Below, one piece after another: positions 50,467 to 59,640 of a stretch of 64,000 nt of DNA (its first letter is position 1; every line of letters begins with the position of its first letter). Below the pieces are notes generated by a model. The model searched no databases, was not told the origin of the DNA, and was given only the letters and a program-made list of their open reading frames with translations. A program made the position numbers and the translations under genes. The stretch spans positions 124,001 through 188,000 of the IMG/VR virus record IMGVR_UViG_3300023174_000046, one strand, 5' to 3'.

Positions 50467-50503
50467 GATCCCCGTATATGGCAACTATACGGGGATCTTT
50501 TTT
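50467..50503 (+). terminator. Rho-independent terminator
   Basis: GATCCCCGTATA-tggcaac-TATACGGGGATC followed by T6. Confidence 0.9.
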
Positions 50504-50517
50504 GTATAAATAACAAC

Positions 50518-50799
50518 ATGGACAAGTTCGAAGATCTTCCAGACTCTGAAGAAACATATCCAGAAGATGAAGAATACATATACTCTGCAAACACCATAAA
50601 AGAGATATTAGAAAAGTTTCGAAACAAATATAATGAACGGTTGGATCCTAATTTTAATCCTGATCTATGGCTGGAAGATTTTACTATATACGATTATGTT
50701 ATAGAAGTGCAAAAGCGTAACATGAACAAGTTTGATAAACTTACTGATCAAGGTTACAAGCTAGACTACATGACTGGTGAGTTTAAACTATCTGCTTGA
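50518..50799 (+). CDS. Acidic hypothetical late protein
   Basis: Perfect TATAAATA 5 nt upstream. Confidence 0.6.
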   Translation: MDKFEDLPDSEETYPEDEEYIYSANTIKEILEKFRNKYNERLDPNFNPDLWLEDFTIYDYVIEVQKRNMNKFDKLTDQGYKLDYMTGEFKLSA

Positions 50800-50829
50800 A
50801 AGTTTTGAGATTTCCTTCATAATTCTTGC

Positions 50830-51072
50830 ATGATTAGAAAAGACCCACCATTCCCCATTAAAGAACGTAAAGTTGTGCAAATTTATTCAGATCCTGAAAA
50901 AAATAAAAATCGATTTGGCCGAATGGTATATCTGCATAAAACTGGTGCTGTGGTCGACGTTATGACCAAGGAACAGTTCAATAATTTTAAGTCTTATGAA
51001 CCCGGTAGAATGGGCATAAGTTCAATCAAAACAAGAAGTAAATCTAGCTCCGGCCAAGCGGGAACTATTTAG
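50830..51072 (+). CDS. Hypothetical protein
   Basis: TTGAAA-N16-CATAAT upstream. Confidence 0.55.
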   Translation: MIRKDPPFPIKERKVVQIYSDPEKNKNRFGRMVYLHKTGAVVDVMTKEQFNNFKSYEPGRMGISSIKTRSKSSSGQAGTI

Positions 51073-51256
51073 ACTTCTTACGACCTTTTTTCTTTTTCTT
51101 TGGAACTACTTCTTCTTCAAAGGATTCAACATCATAATATTCATTCTTTGCAAATGAATCTTTTACAATATAGCCAATTTGTTCGAAGTAGACAACAAAT
51201 GCTGAGCCAAGCTCAGTCACAAGGTCTTTGGTTGCATACAATATAGATGATAGCAT
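51065..51256 (-). CDS. Small protein with a Lys-rich C-terminus
   Basis: TAAATA 5 nt upstream on the minus strand. Confidence 0.55.
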   Translation of the reverse strand: MLSSILYATKDLVTELGSAFVVYFEQIGYIVKDSFAKNEYYDVESFEEEVVPKKKKKGRKKSK

Positions 51257-51312
51257 AATTATATTTATGAAGAAAAGCTGTTATATCTCAAGAAAACACA
51301 TATAATATTCAT

Positions 51313-51480
51313 ATGAGCAAGAGTACAAACAATGCCGGGAAAGGCGACAAAGCGCGTAATTGCTTTAGTAGGCAGTTCAAAGACAATTTTGATATTATTG
51401 CCGGTTGGGCATCCAAAGAGAACAAAGAGATACGAAACTACACATCAAAAAAAGGTAAAAAGATCTACAAATATCCATGA
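51313..51480 (+). CDS. Small phage protein (GKGDK.R type), not in the ORF track
   Basis: MSKSTNNAGKGDKARNCFSRQFKDNFDII...; TATAAT 6 nt upstream; ATGA overlap with the next gene. Confidence 0.65.
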   Translation: MSKSTNNAGKGDKARNCFSRQFKDNFDIIAGWASKENKEIRNYTSKKGKKIYKYP

Positions 51481-51842
51481 GTTGGGACCGCAAGCGAATG
51501 AACAAAGGTAAACCGTATACCTTTCATGTGTTTGTTTTCTTCTCTCCTAAGCAATTTGCTAGTAAGAAGAAATACGAAGATAAAGATTTTCTATTTAAAA
51601 TTAAAGTTTGTACTAATTCAAACCGAGCTTATTCAGGTCCTTTCATTGATGAAGTTGTGGGTGAGTATGAACTAACCAATAAAGAGCTCAAGAAAATGCT
51701 TGAGATAGTGAATGAAACACCAGACTTGATCATGTGTGGTGAAGAGTATACCATTTATGATGATTACAACGGGCTGTGGAAGCACTACGGCCGAGAAGAA
51801 GAGACGCCTTTAGCTCATATTGTTGCGGAAGAGCTTATTTAA
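51477..51842 (+). CDS. Hypothetical protein
   Basis: ORF ending just before the tRNA. Confidence 0.55.
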   Translation: MSWDRKRMNKGKPYTFHVFVFFSPKQFASKKKYEDKDFLFKIKVCTNSNRAYSGPFIDEVVGEYELTNKELKKMLEIVNETPDLIMCGEEYTIYDDYNGLWKHYGREEETPLAHIVAEELI

Positions 51843-51843
51843 C

Positions 51844-51935
51844 GCGCGGGTGGTGAAACGGCGAAACACATCTGGCTTAAGATCAGATACGGATTAATGA
51901 TCACACTGTGGGTTCAAATCCCACCCCGCGTACCA
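51844..51935 (+). tRNA. trnL: tRNA-Leu(UAA) with encoded CCA
   Basis: Acceptor GCGCGGG/CCCGCGT-A-CCA; anticodon arm TCTGG-CTTAAGA-TCAGA; long variable arm; T arm GTGGG-TTCAAAT-CCCAC. Confidence 0.95.
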
Positions 51936-52372
51936 TTTAAAAGCTGCAAAGCTCTAGAATAATTAGCGCCCCTAGGACTTAATTTAACCGCTATTAACGC
52001 CTGTCTAATATTAGAAGTATTTTTAAGTGCTTTCAAAAGCCTATCATTTGATACTTTTTTCTTTCCACTGTTTTTATTTTTTCCTTTGTATGTTTTGGTT
52101 TGACTGTGACAGTTGGGGCATAAAAATCTTAGATTATCTAAAGTATTATTAAACGTATCACCATCAATGTGATCTAAATCTAGATTTATTGGTTTACCTC
52201 TCCATTCGGTCATATTGCAATGATTGCATTTATACTTTCTGCCTGATGTTAATAAAATTTTCTTTAAAGCATGATTAGATAAAAAAGGCTGATTTGCTTG
52301 CTTAGCCCTTTGTAGAGCTTTAGCCCTTTTGGCTTCTATAGATTTTTGCCTTTGCTCATTATTCCAACTCAT
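51914..52372 (-). mobile_element. Free-standing HNH homing endonuclease gene overlapping the tRNA 3' end antisense
   Basis: CNHC..W.GKPI.LDLDHIDGD..NN.LDNLRFLCPNCHSQT. Confidence 0.9.
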
Positions 52373-52461
52373 ACCAATATTTATGAGACATATATTATAA
52401 ATTTTGTGTGTTGCACTATTTTAATTTTCATGCATAATAAGCATGAACAATAAGGAGATAT

Positions 52462-52758
52462 ATGGATAACATAGATGCATTGTGTGATCAAATAGAATTG
52501 TACAACAAGAACTATGAATGGATTATCAGAGAATCAGAACGTATTCTTGTGGAGATGAACAAACTTGATAAAATGGAAACATTTCAAGCAGACAAGTATG
52601 AAGCGCTTTCACGAAAACATCTGGAGCTACAACAACGTTATAGTAGAGATAAAGATAATTACAATCAAATGATTAAAGCGGTGCGATCCTATTTCAATGA
52701 AAATCATGGCATTGATATAATAGGGTTGCTGGAAGGTGATATTGATGAGGTTAAATAA
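52462..52758 (+). CDS. Coiled-coil hypothetical protein
   Basis: AAGGAG Shine-Dalgarno upstream; helical. Confidence 0.6.
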   Translation: MDNIDALCDQIELYNKNYEWIIRESERILVEMNKLDKMETFQADKYEALSRKHLELQQRYSRDKDNYNQMIKAVRSYFNENHGIDIIGLLEGDIDEVK

Positions 52759-53026
52759 TAGCATGATTGATCATATTACCAAGCATAGCTTGCTCTGGAG
52801 TTTAGATATCAGTATCAGAGAACTCAAAGCATCATACGATAAATACACAACATTTGGAAGATGCACAATATTTCCATTGGAGTTTCTTTTTGCGGGGTGT
52901 TGTGTATTGGTGGGTACTGTAGCTATTCTTGCATCCATAGTTTTAGATAAGCTTCTTTTGATTCATATCTCCAGAGCTTTAAGATTTGTTACGAAAGGGT
53001 TGCATGGATTATTCTTTAAATACTAA
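52736..53026 (+). CDS. Small membrane protein
   Basis: Hydrophobic central segment. Confidence 0.45.
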   Translation: MILMRLNNSMIDHITKHSLLWSLDISIRELKASYDKYTTFGRCTIFPLEFLFAGCCVLVGTVAILASIVLDKLLLIHISRALRFVTKGLHGLFFKY

Positions 53027-53186
53027 ACAACAAGAAATAATGTCCAAGCTCCGAACTATAGCTGGCAGTGACAGAGAACTAGATCTTTGGTTGTCAACTC
53101 CAAACAAAGAGTTTCGCGGCAAAGCTCCAATTGATATGCTTCGTCAAGAAGAATACCAATACTTTGCCAAGGTGGTAGCAAAATGA
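53004..53186 (+). CDS. Stand-alone Xre/MbcA/ParS antitoxin C-terminal toxin-binding domain (DUF2384-like)
   Basis: WLSTPNKEFRGKAPIDML matches WL..PN..L.G..P.DLL. Confidence 0.7.
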   Translation: MDYSLNTKQQEIMSKLRTIAGSDRELDLWLSTPNKEFRGKAPIDMLRQEEYQYFAKVVAK

Positions 53187-53434
53187 AACATCAACACTTT
53201 ATTCCTTGTAGCTGTGAAACAGAAGGTCTTTATATTACAAAATATGAAGATGAACCAGAGACATATGTAGCCATCTTCAAGCATGGGTACAATCCTAAAT
53301 GCAAATCATTGTGGAACAAAGTTCGTTACATCTGGCAAATTATTAAAACAGGTCAGCCTTTTGGAGATGATATTGTGCTAAGCAAATCAGATGCTTTGAG
53401 ACTTTCCAGTTTGCTCAATTCTTTGTACAAATGA
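53183..53434 (+). CDS. Hypothetical phage protein
   Basis: CSC..E, LW.KVRY.W.II..G, DIVL. Confidence 0.6.
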   Translation: MKHQHFIPCSCETEGLYITKYEDEPETYVAIFKHGYNPKCKSLWNKVRYIWQIIKTGQPFGDDIVLSKSDALRLSSLLNSLYK

Positions 53435-53721
53435 ACACATGGCATATTCGGTTGAGCGATCAGATGGCATACATGAAAGCTTCTGGTGACTGTGTAGTAA
53501 ATGCTGCAACTGAAGTGTATGAGAAAATGTGCAATAGCAACGAAAACTTTAAAGTGTCTCTGGTGGGTGAAGCATATGAAGATGGTTATACACCTGAAGA
53601 TCCAGATCATACTTTTTTCTTTTTAAATGCTTTGGTAGTGGCCAATGCAGGTGATCATGCCATGGCCAAAGCCTTGAAACAATTGGAAAAGAAGATAATT
53701 AAACAAAATGGTCATTCTTAA
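53431..53721 (+). CDS. Hypothetical protein
   Basis: AATE...ANAG shared with 49841-50146. Confidence 0.55.
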   Translation: MNTWHIRLSDQMAYMKASGDCVVNAATEVYEKMCNSNENFKVSLVGEAYEDGYTPEDPDHTFFFLNALVVANAGDHAMAKALKQLEKKIIKQNGHS

Positions 53722-53911
53722 CAAAGACAAGTTGTTAATTCGATTAACACATCCTAAACTTTTGCTTCACCGCAAAAGCGATTTAGGGGACGTTGAATGT
53801 GGACCGTATCTTACAGATACAGAAACTGGAATTTACTTCAGTCATTATGATTATGGGTGTGTTTTTAAACTGCAGCTTCTTGGTTTTGGCATAGATATTT
53901 GGTGGTTATGA
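53708..53911 (+). CDS. Hypothetical protein
   Basis: Packed overlapping ORF. Confidence 0.45.
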   Translation: MVILNKDKLLIRLTHPKLLLHRKSDLGDVECGPYLTDTETGIYFSHYDYGCVFKLQLLGFGIDIWWL

Positions 53912-54198
53912 AAATTCCAACTACATTTAAATTAGCAGGTCAAACATGGAATGTGGTGTTTGATAAAGATCTCTTGGCCAATGAAGATGAGTATGGTAGT
54001 TGTCATGAAGTCACAAATACCATTAGATTGCAGGCAGAAGGTGTTGTGCCTAGATCCAGAGTAGAAGCCACATTCTTGCATGAACTTCTGCATGCAATAT
54101 TTCATGAATTAGGACAAAGCTCTTTAACCAGTGATGAAAAGTTAGTTGACAGTGTTTCTGCGCTGCTACACCAAGCGCTAGCTGAATGTGAAGAGTAA
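53908..54198 (+). CDS. Small HExxH zinc metallopeptidase-like protein
   Basis: IP..FKLAG..W.V, YG.C, TFLHELLHAIF, DEKLVD. Confidence 0.75.
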   Translation: MKIPTTFKLAGQTWNVVFDKDLLANEDEYGSCHEVTNTIRLQAEGVVPRSRVEATFLHELLHAIFHELGQSSLTSDEKLVDSVSALLHQALAECEE

Positions 54199-54460
54199 AT
54201 ATTTTTTCTTAATTGTAATTCTTTTAACTGCAAACATAAGAGCAGAAGAAGAAGAGCAAGACCTGGTTAAAGACACTGCACTTGGTGCTGTAGCAGGGGC
54301 TGCAATTGGGTATGTGTGTGGTGGGTGGTTATGCTCCATTCCTAGTGCAGCAGGTCAAGCATTCCTTGTATATGACTCAGAGTCCAATACAACACCACGT
54401 GATGTGTACAAACACCCTACTATTGATTTGGATGAATTTAACAAGAGATATAGCAAATAA
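54188..54460 (+). CDS. Secreted/membrane glycine-zipper protein
   Basis: Signal-like N-terminus, then ALGAVAGAAIG. Confidence 0.5.
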   Translation: MKSKYFFLIVILLTANIRAEEEEQDLVKDTALGAVAGAAIGYVCGGWLCSIPSAAGQAFLVYDSESNTTPRDVYKHPTIDLDEFNKRYSK

Positions 54461-54472
54461 TAGATACAAGTT

Positions 54473-55216
54473 TTATACGTATTCTAACAACCTCAACCTA
54501 AGCCAATTTTGCAGACCGCCCCAAGGAGCATAGGGGTCAGGAGTATTATTAAAGGTTAACACAGGCATCCCTGTGGGTACTTGAGTCTGGGATACCCATG
54601 CTACATCTGTCGGATAATAAGATAGATCGCCTTCCTCAGAGCGAAACAAAAAACCATTGCCAACATATTCATTATAGATATACCAAAAGTCATCATCCCA
54701 TCTTATAATGTATGACCAACGATCATAATCTTCCGAACTATATCCATTAGTTTTTACATAAAAAGGTCTCTGGAAATTAGTACCAAATTCTTCCCCGTTA
54801 GGATCTTGCCACCAATTTCCAAACCCCCTGTAACCTAGAATATAACTTCCATTTATATCAATACCCTCTACACCAGAATTTCCAAGTCCAGAAACAACAA
54901 TATTAGATTTGTTAAAAGATACAAGAGCAAACACAGGAGTGCCATCAAGTTCACCATCTTGAAGTGCCCAGCTTGTTACATTCCATGGCCAGTCTATATT
55001 TTGCTGATTTGAAACCAGATTAAAATCATTATTAAGAGCTTTAAAAATCCAATTGTTGTTCTCATAATAAATGGTAAAAGCATCATCTAGAGAATTCCAA
55101 AAAGGCTTCCCTTCATTAAAACCTGCATAGCCATAAAATGTATTGGCACTTGGATTGCTTAGACCAGAGATACTGAAGTTATAATCCGGGTAATTCTGAA
55201 AAACACCTTCAGCCAT
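54473..55216 (-). CDS. Late protein with two tandem beta modules
   Basis: Two (I/V)SGL.N...P.(W/Y)...W.(F/I)...P...W...G.PV repeats; TAAATA 6 nt upstream. Confidence 0.65.
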   Translation of the reverse strand: MAEGVFQNYPDYNFSISGLSNPSANTFYGYAGFNEGKPFWNSLDDAFTIYYENNNWIFKALNNDFNLVSNQQNIDWPWNVTSWALQDGELDGTPVFALVSFNKSNIVVSGLGNSGVEGIDINGSYILGYRGFGNWWQDPNGEEFGTNFQRPFYVKTNGYSSEDYDRWSYIIRWDDDFWYIYNEYVGNGFLFRSEEGDLSYYPTDVAWVSQTQVPTGMPVLTFNNTPDPYAPWGGLQNWLRLRLLEYV

Positions 55217-55355
55217 ATAATATATTTATTAATAAACTGCATTGTATTCTAGGATTAGAAGGCCTAATAACATCCATTAGCAGCTTGCTTTAATAATAAT
55301 ATCTGTTATAAGTATAGGTATAAGAACAAATTAAAAAATATGAAAAATATTTCTA

Positions 55356-55568
55356 ATGTTTTCCAGTCTCACCTGTCTAATATGGTATATGAAAGGTAAC
55401 ACTTTAACTTTCCATGATAAGAAAAGTCTCGCTGCAATAGGCGATACAATAGGACAAGCCGCATTTAGTGCGGCTTTTTTTATGGCCTATGGTGTTTTCT
55501 GGTTAATACTTTTACCTTTTGAATTGTTTTTGAAACTAGATGATTTTTTTAAAAAAATAAATTTATGA
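55356..55568 (+). CDS. Small hydrophobic ORF containing an internal terminator-like hairpin
   Basis: Hydrophobic C-half; ATGA overlap with the PEP-CTERM gene. Confidence 0.4.
   Translation: MFSSLTCLIWYMKGNTLTFHDKKSLAAIGDTIGQAAFSAAFFMAYGVFWLILLPFELFLKLDDFFKKINL
55456..55482 (+). terminator. Terminator/attenuator-like hairpin upstream of the surface island
   Basis: AAGCCGCA-tttag-TGCGGCTT followed by a T run. Confidence 0.6.
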
Positions 55569-57997
55569 AAACAACAAACATAATAAAGAAGGCATTGAGC
55601 TTAATTGCCGCTGCTTTCATGACAACCGCAGCCAACAATGCCCAAGCAGTAGTGTTTCTATGGAACAACACTGGATCCAACTGGACATCCCCCACCAGCT
55701 GGACCAATGGCATTCAACCTTCTGCAACCAGCTCCAGCACCACCACAGATGAAATACAGTTTGGTAATTATGGAGCCAACAATAACACTGTCATCTTGAC
55801 ATCCACCAGAGCTGCAAAAAATATCACATTCTTAGCCAATGCAAATCCATATTTGATCAACAGTTTCAATGGTGCTCAAACACTGTCATCTAGTGCAGGC
55901 ATTACCAACAATTCTACTGCTACCCAAACATTCAACATATTGGTAGAGAATGCTAACAACAGTAACACCTGGTTTCAAACTGCAGGAGGAGCATTAGTAT
56001 TCAATAATGTAGCTTCACTCACCACTGCATCTTCTAGCACATCCAGACTATTAACTCTGGCAGGAGATGGTGCATTCACATTCAACAATGAATTGAGGCA
56101 AGGTGGTTCAGCTACAGCTGGCAGAGTCCTGTACACAGGCAATGGCACAGTCACATTCAATGGCACCAACACTCTGGGTGGAGGGTTTGAAATCAAAGGA
56201 GGAGGCACTGTGAATGTGAATGGAGGCACTGGAGTCGGTCAAGGGTTGGTAACAATGGGAGCGGCAACTGGCACAACCAATACACCCAAATTGGTAATCA
56301 ACACCACCAATGGCTTGTCTGTGGCCAACAGCTTCAAGGGTTCCAGCAGCTTAGCTACCATGGCCACATTGGATTTGCTAGCAGGCAATGATGCAAATGC
56401 AGTCACGACTTTTGTTGTGAATCAATATCAAGGCAACAACATGAGCTTCACCAACCATGGTGCAGGCAAAACACTGCTACAATTCACCAATGCTGCCAAC
56501 ATACTCACACTATCCACAGACACCAGTGGTGGCAGGAGATTGATTAATAACAGCGCCAATTTAACTATACAGTTTGATGGCACCATGGACATTGGATCCA
56601 CAACTGCAGATGTTAGTACTTTAGGTGGAGCAGGTGATCTTCTCTTCAAAGGATCTCTGTTCAACAACACAGCGTCAGTGCTCAGAGGATTGAACAAAAC
56701 AGGCACTGGAACAGTCACTTTGCAAGCAGTCAATGCTTACAATGGAGACACTACCATTCAAGACGGTACACTGTTGGTGGACACTGCAGGTTCCATTGCT
56801 TCCAGTGCTGCTGTAGTATCAGGGGGTACTTTAAGAGTCAAAGGTACAGCTGGCAGTGCAGCACTTAATAGTGGAACCTTGCTAGTAGAAGGCACAGCTG
56901 GTGTAATAACACAAGGTGGGGGTACTTTTGATCTGAGAGGCACAGCTGGTGCCTTTACTATCTCCTCAGGAACTGCCACAGTGTATAGTGGTGGGTTTCT
57001 TGGCAACTCAACTCTCACTGGAGGCAGCTTGCTTAACAGTGGTACAGTAGGTGAAACAACCATTGCCACTGGCAGTACATTTGATGTGAAGACGGGCGGT
57101 ACATCTTCCAAAGCTACTGTGAATGGTGGTACTTTGTTGGTATCAGGATCAGTGGCACAGACTGTTGTTAATTCTGGCACAGCCACAGTAAATTCTGGTG
57201 GTAATTCTGGCATTACAACTGTGAATGGCAGTGCATTGAATGTGTATGGAAGAACTGGTGTATCCACAGTTAATACAGGTGGCACACTCAATGTAAAGAC
57301 AGGTGGCAGTCTGTTGGGCACTAGCACTGTAGGTGGTGGCACATTGCTAGTGGATGGAACTGCTGGTACAGTAACAGTCAACTCTGGAACTGCTACAGTT
57401 AATACTGGAGGCACAATTAACAGCACCACTGTGAATGGCGGTCTATTATCTGTGAATGGATCTGCAGGAGATGCATTGGTTAATACAGGAGGTACTTTGG
57501 GTGGTTCTGGTAGCGTGCAAGGCCTGACACTCAATGGTGGTATTGTGGCCCCAGGCAACAGCCCGGGTCTGCTCACTGCCTATGAGTTGAATGGAAGCAA
57601 TGGAACATTCCAATTCCAGTTGGGTGCACCTACTACCAGAGGGGTAACATATGATGCTATCAATGTGACAAGCTTGTTAACATTGGGTGCCAATACAGCA
57701 TGGACATTTGAAACCTTAGACAATTATGCATATGCTGATGGCAACACATATGACTTGTTTGATTGGGGTACAGCTGACATGAGCACATTTGATAGTGCAG
57801 TGCTGTTGGCTGCTCTGCCTGATCTTAACACTGCTAGTACAGATCTGAAATGGAATGTGAGCAACTTTACCATGGACGGTACAATTGGTGTTATTCCTGA
57901 ACCTTCTACAGGTTCACTCATGGTGTTTGGTATTGCTAGCTTGATAACACTCAAAGCTATAAGGAGAAGAAAATGCCAACACCAAATACATTCCTAA
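55565..57997 (+). CDS. Secreted beta-helix protein with autotransporter-associated beta-strand repeats and a PEP-CTERM sorting signal
   Basis: Signal peptide (..AQA); LNKTGTGTVTL..NAYNGDTTI..GTL; GGTLGGSG; VAPGNSPG; IPEPSTGSL-TM-RRRK. Confidence 0.92.
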   Translation: MKTTNIIKKALSLIAAAFMTTAANNAQAVVFLWNNTGSNWTSPTSWTNGIQPSATSSSTTTDEIQFGNYGANNNTVILTSTRAAKNITFLANANPYLINSFNGAQTLSSSAGITNNSTATQTFNILVENANNSNTWFQTAGGALVFNNVASLTTASSSTSRLLTLAGDGAFTFNNELRQGGSATAGRVLYTGNGTVTFNGTNTLGGGFEIKGGGTVNVNGGTGVGQGLVTMGAATGTTNTPKLVINTTNGLSVANSFKGSSSLATMATLDLLAGNDANAVTTFVVNQYQGNNMSFTNHGAGKTLLQFTNAANILTLSTDTSGGRRLINNSANLTIQFDGTMDIGSTTADVSTLGGAGDLLFKGSLFNNTASVLRGLNKTGTGTVTLQAVNAYNGDTTIQDGTLLVDTAGSIASSAAVVSGGTLRVKGTAGSAALNSGTLLVEGTAGVITQGGGTFDLRGTAGAFTISSGTATVYSGGFLGNSTLTGGSLLNSGTVGETTIATGSTFDVKTGGTSSKATVNGGTLLVSGSVAQTVVNSGTATVNSGGNSGITTVNGSALNVYGRTGVSTVNTGGTLNVKTGGSLLGTSTVGGGTLLVDGTAGTVTVNSGTATVNTGGTINSTTVNGGLLSVNGSAGDALVNTGGTLGGSGSVQGLTLNGGIVAPGNSPGLLTAYELNGSNGTFQFQLGAPTTRGVTYDAINVTSLLTLGANTAWTFETLDNYAYADGNTYDLFDWGTADMSTFDSAVLLAALPDLNTASTDLKWNVSNFTMDGTIGVIPEPSTGSLMVFGIASLITLKAIRRRKCQHQIHS

Positions 57998-58641
57998 GAC
58001 ATTTAAGACTATTAAGACGTACATATTTTGGCTTTACATTAGTTGAAATGGCAGTGGTCATAGTTATAATGGCATTTGTAATGAGTCTTTCATTCCCTTC
58101 ATATGCAGCTGTTAAACGCAAGTCATCTCAAGCTGCTTGTGCATCCAACATGAAACAAGTGGGTACAAGCATTGTGTTGTTTGCCACAGAAAATGATGGA
58201 TGGCTTCCACCAGGTCCTTCTGGTCAAACAATTAATTCGTTTATTAGCGATTCTAGGTTTGGTAGTGATACATCAAATGTTGTAGATACATCCAATCTTG
58301 AATATTATCTTACTAATTATATATCAACCAAATCTTTGGGTAAAAAAAAGAGAAAAGGCAATCCTGTGTTTTCATGCCCAGCTCATGATGAAAAGCGACC
58401 TTTGATTTGGAAGAGAGGATCTTGTTTTGGTGGAGCAGGAGGGCAATATGGTACGCAAAATTCAGAAAAATTAATTGCAGTAGATACAAATGATTATTTT
58501 TTAGTTGACTTTACAAAAGCTTTCACCAATCATTCTGGTGCATCTTTAGATCGAACAATGAAAAATCCGCATGGCGCAACCAGAAATCTGCTAAGAACAG
58601 ATGGCAGTGTGACTACAGAACTGGATAACAAGGCTAGGTAA
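57973..58641 (+). CDS. Prepilin-type N-terminal cleavage/methylation protein with a C-terminal H-X9-DG motif (DUF1559-like)
   Basis: G|FTLVEMAVVIVI..., C.SNMKQVG, FSCPA, HGATRNLLRTDG. Confidence 0.9.
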   Translation: MPTPNTFLRHLRLLRRTYFGFTLVEMAVVIVIMAFVMSLSFPSYAAVKRKSSQAACASNMKQVGTSIVLFATENDGWLPPGPSGQTINSFISDSRFGSDTSNVVDTSNLEYYLTNYISTKSLGKKKRKGNPVFSCPAHDEKRPLIWKRGSCFGGAGGQYGTQNSEKLIAVDTNDYFLVDFTKAFTNHSGASLDRTMKNPHGATRNLLRTDGSVTTELDNKAR

Positions 58642-59105
58642 TGGAGTATGTGTCTGTATCACAAGCTATTAAGGCTGCTGCAGATCTTAATACGCCTTCC
58701 ACAGAGTATCTTAATAATTTCTTGCCTGCTTATAGAAAGTACCATAAGAGGCAAAATTTCAGAAGAGCAGTTTGCAAAATTGGTTCGGGTATTGCAGTCT
58801 TTATAGTTGCATGTCTCTGCTATTCATCTATAAATAATGATAGCAAGCTGGACATTGATACAGCTTCAGGAGGTGAAATGGCACAACACAATACACATGG
58901 CAAGCACGTGGTGTTTGAAGGTGATGTAAAAGAAGTTACTAATTTTATCAAAGAGCATGTCAAAGAAAAAACACAAACGTTAAATTTAAGAGATCATTTT
59001 CAAGCTGATGTATGGGGTGTGTATGTTGAGGGAGAACAGACATTTAGATATTATTACCAATGCTTAGGGCATGGCAGATATTCTGTCTTTATTATCAATG
59101 AATAA
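58641..59105 (+). CDS. Single-pass membrane protein with a DIDTASGGE motif
   Basis: TM at about aa 47-62, followed by DIDTASGGE. Confidence 0.6.
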   Translation: MEYVSVSQAIKAAADLNTPSTEYLNNFLPAYRKYHKRQNFRRAVCKIGSGIAVFIVACLCYSSINNDSKLDIDTASGGEMAQHNTHGKHVVFEGDVKEVTNFIKEHVKEKTQTLNLRDHFQADVWGVYVEGEQTFRYYYQCLGHGRYSVFIINE

Positions 59106-59436
59106 TGCGCAACGCATAGAAAATTTTGTTCCTTATATAGTTGGGTTGTGCCTGGCAGGTAGTATTTTTTACACTGTGTACAGCCCACATGCATCCATGG
59201 TGAAGCAACACATGGACACATATGGCATGGATTTTGAATATGTAACTCCTGAAGGTTCTTGTTTTACGCAAAATATTGAACCCATTGGTCATGAGAGCCA
59301 TAAATATGTTTTAAGCCTGAGCAAACCTGCTAAACCTACAAATGCAGAAGAGCCTTTGTATGTGATGGTTGGATACACCATGAAACAAGTGAGAGTTAGA
59401 TACAGATCTAATGCATTAACATCTAATAATCTATAA
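59098..59436 (+). CDS. Single-pass membrane protein (start probably MNNAQ)
   Basis: N-terminal TM. Confidence 0.5.
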   Translation: MNNAQRIENFVPYIVGLCLAGSIFYTVYSPHASMVKQHMDTYGMDFEYVTPEGSCFTQNIEPIGHESHKYVLSLSKPAKPTNAEEPLYVMVGYTMKQVRVRYRSNALTSNNL

Positions 59437-59437
59437 T

Positions 59438-59620
59438 ATGCCATTTAATTTTTTAGACAAAGACAAGTGCAAAAGAAGCTACTATTATCAGGTGACTGAT
59501 ATTTGGCATAGATTGAGTAGTGATCACCCCATAAAGCAGATTTTGACATCTGTAATATTCATTGGCACCATAGGCTTAATAATTCATTTTATTTTTAAAC
59601 TCTTTTCTAATGATTATTAG
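59438..59620 (+). CDS. Small membrane protein
   Basis: C-terminal TM. Confidence 0.45.
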   Translation: MPFNFLDKDKCKRSYYYQVTDIWHRLSSDHPIKQILTSVIFIGTIGLIIHFIFKLFSNDY

Positions 59621-59640
59621 TTTCAACTGTCTAATACTAT

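Noticed and set aside
50171-50500. tmRNA-like appearance (GGGG start, ORF ending NNNIVVA, a GGTTCAA)
   Set aside because: No pairing acceptor stem, T arm or CCA end was found; a strong SD and long biased ORF fit an ordinary gene
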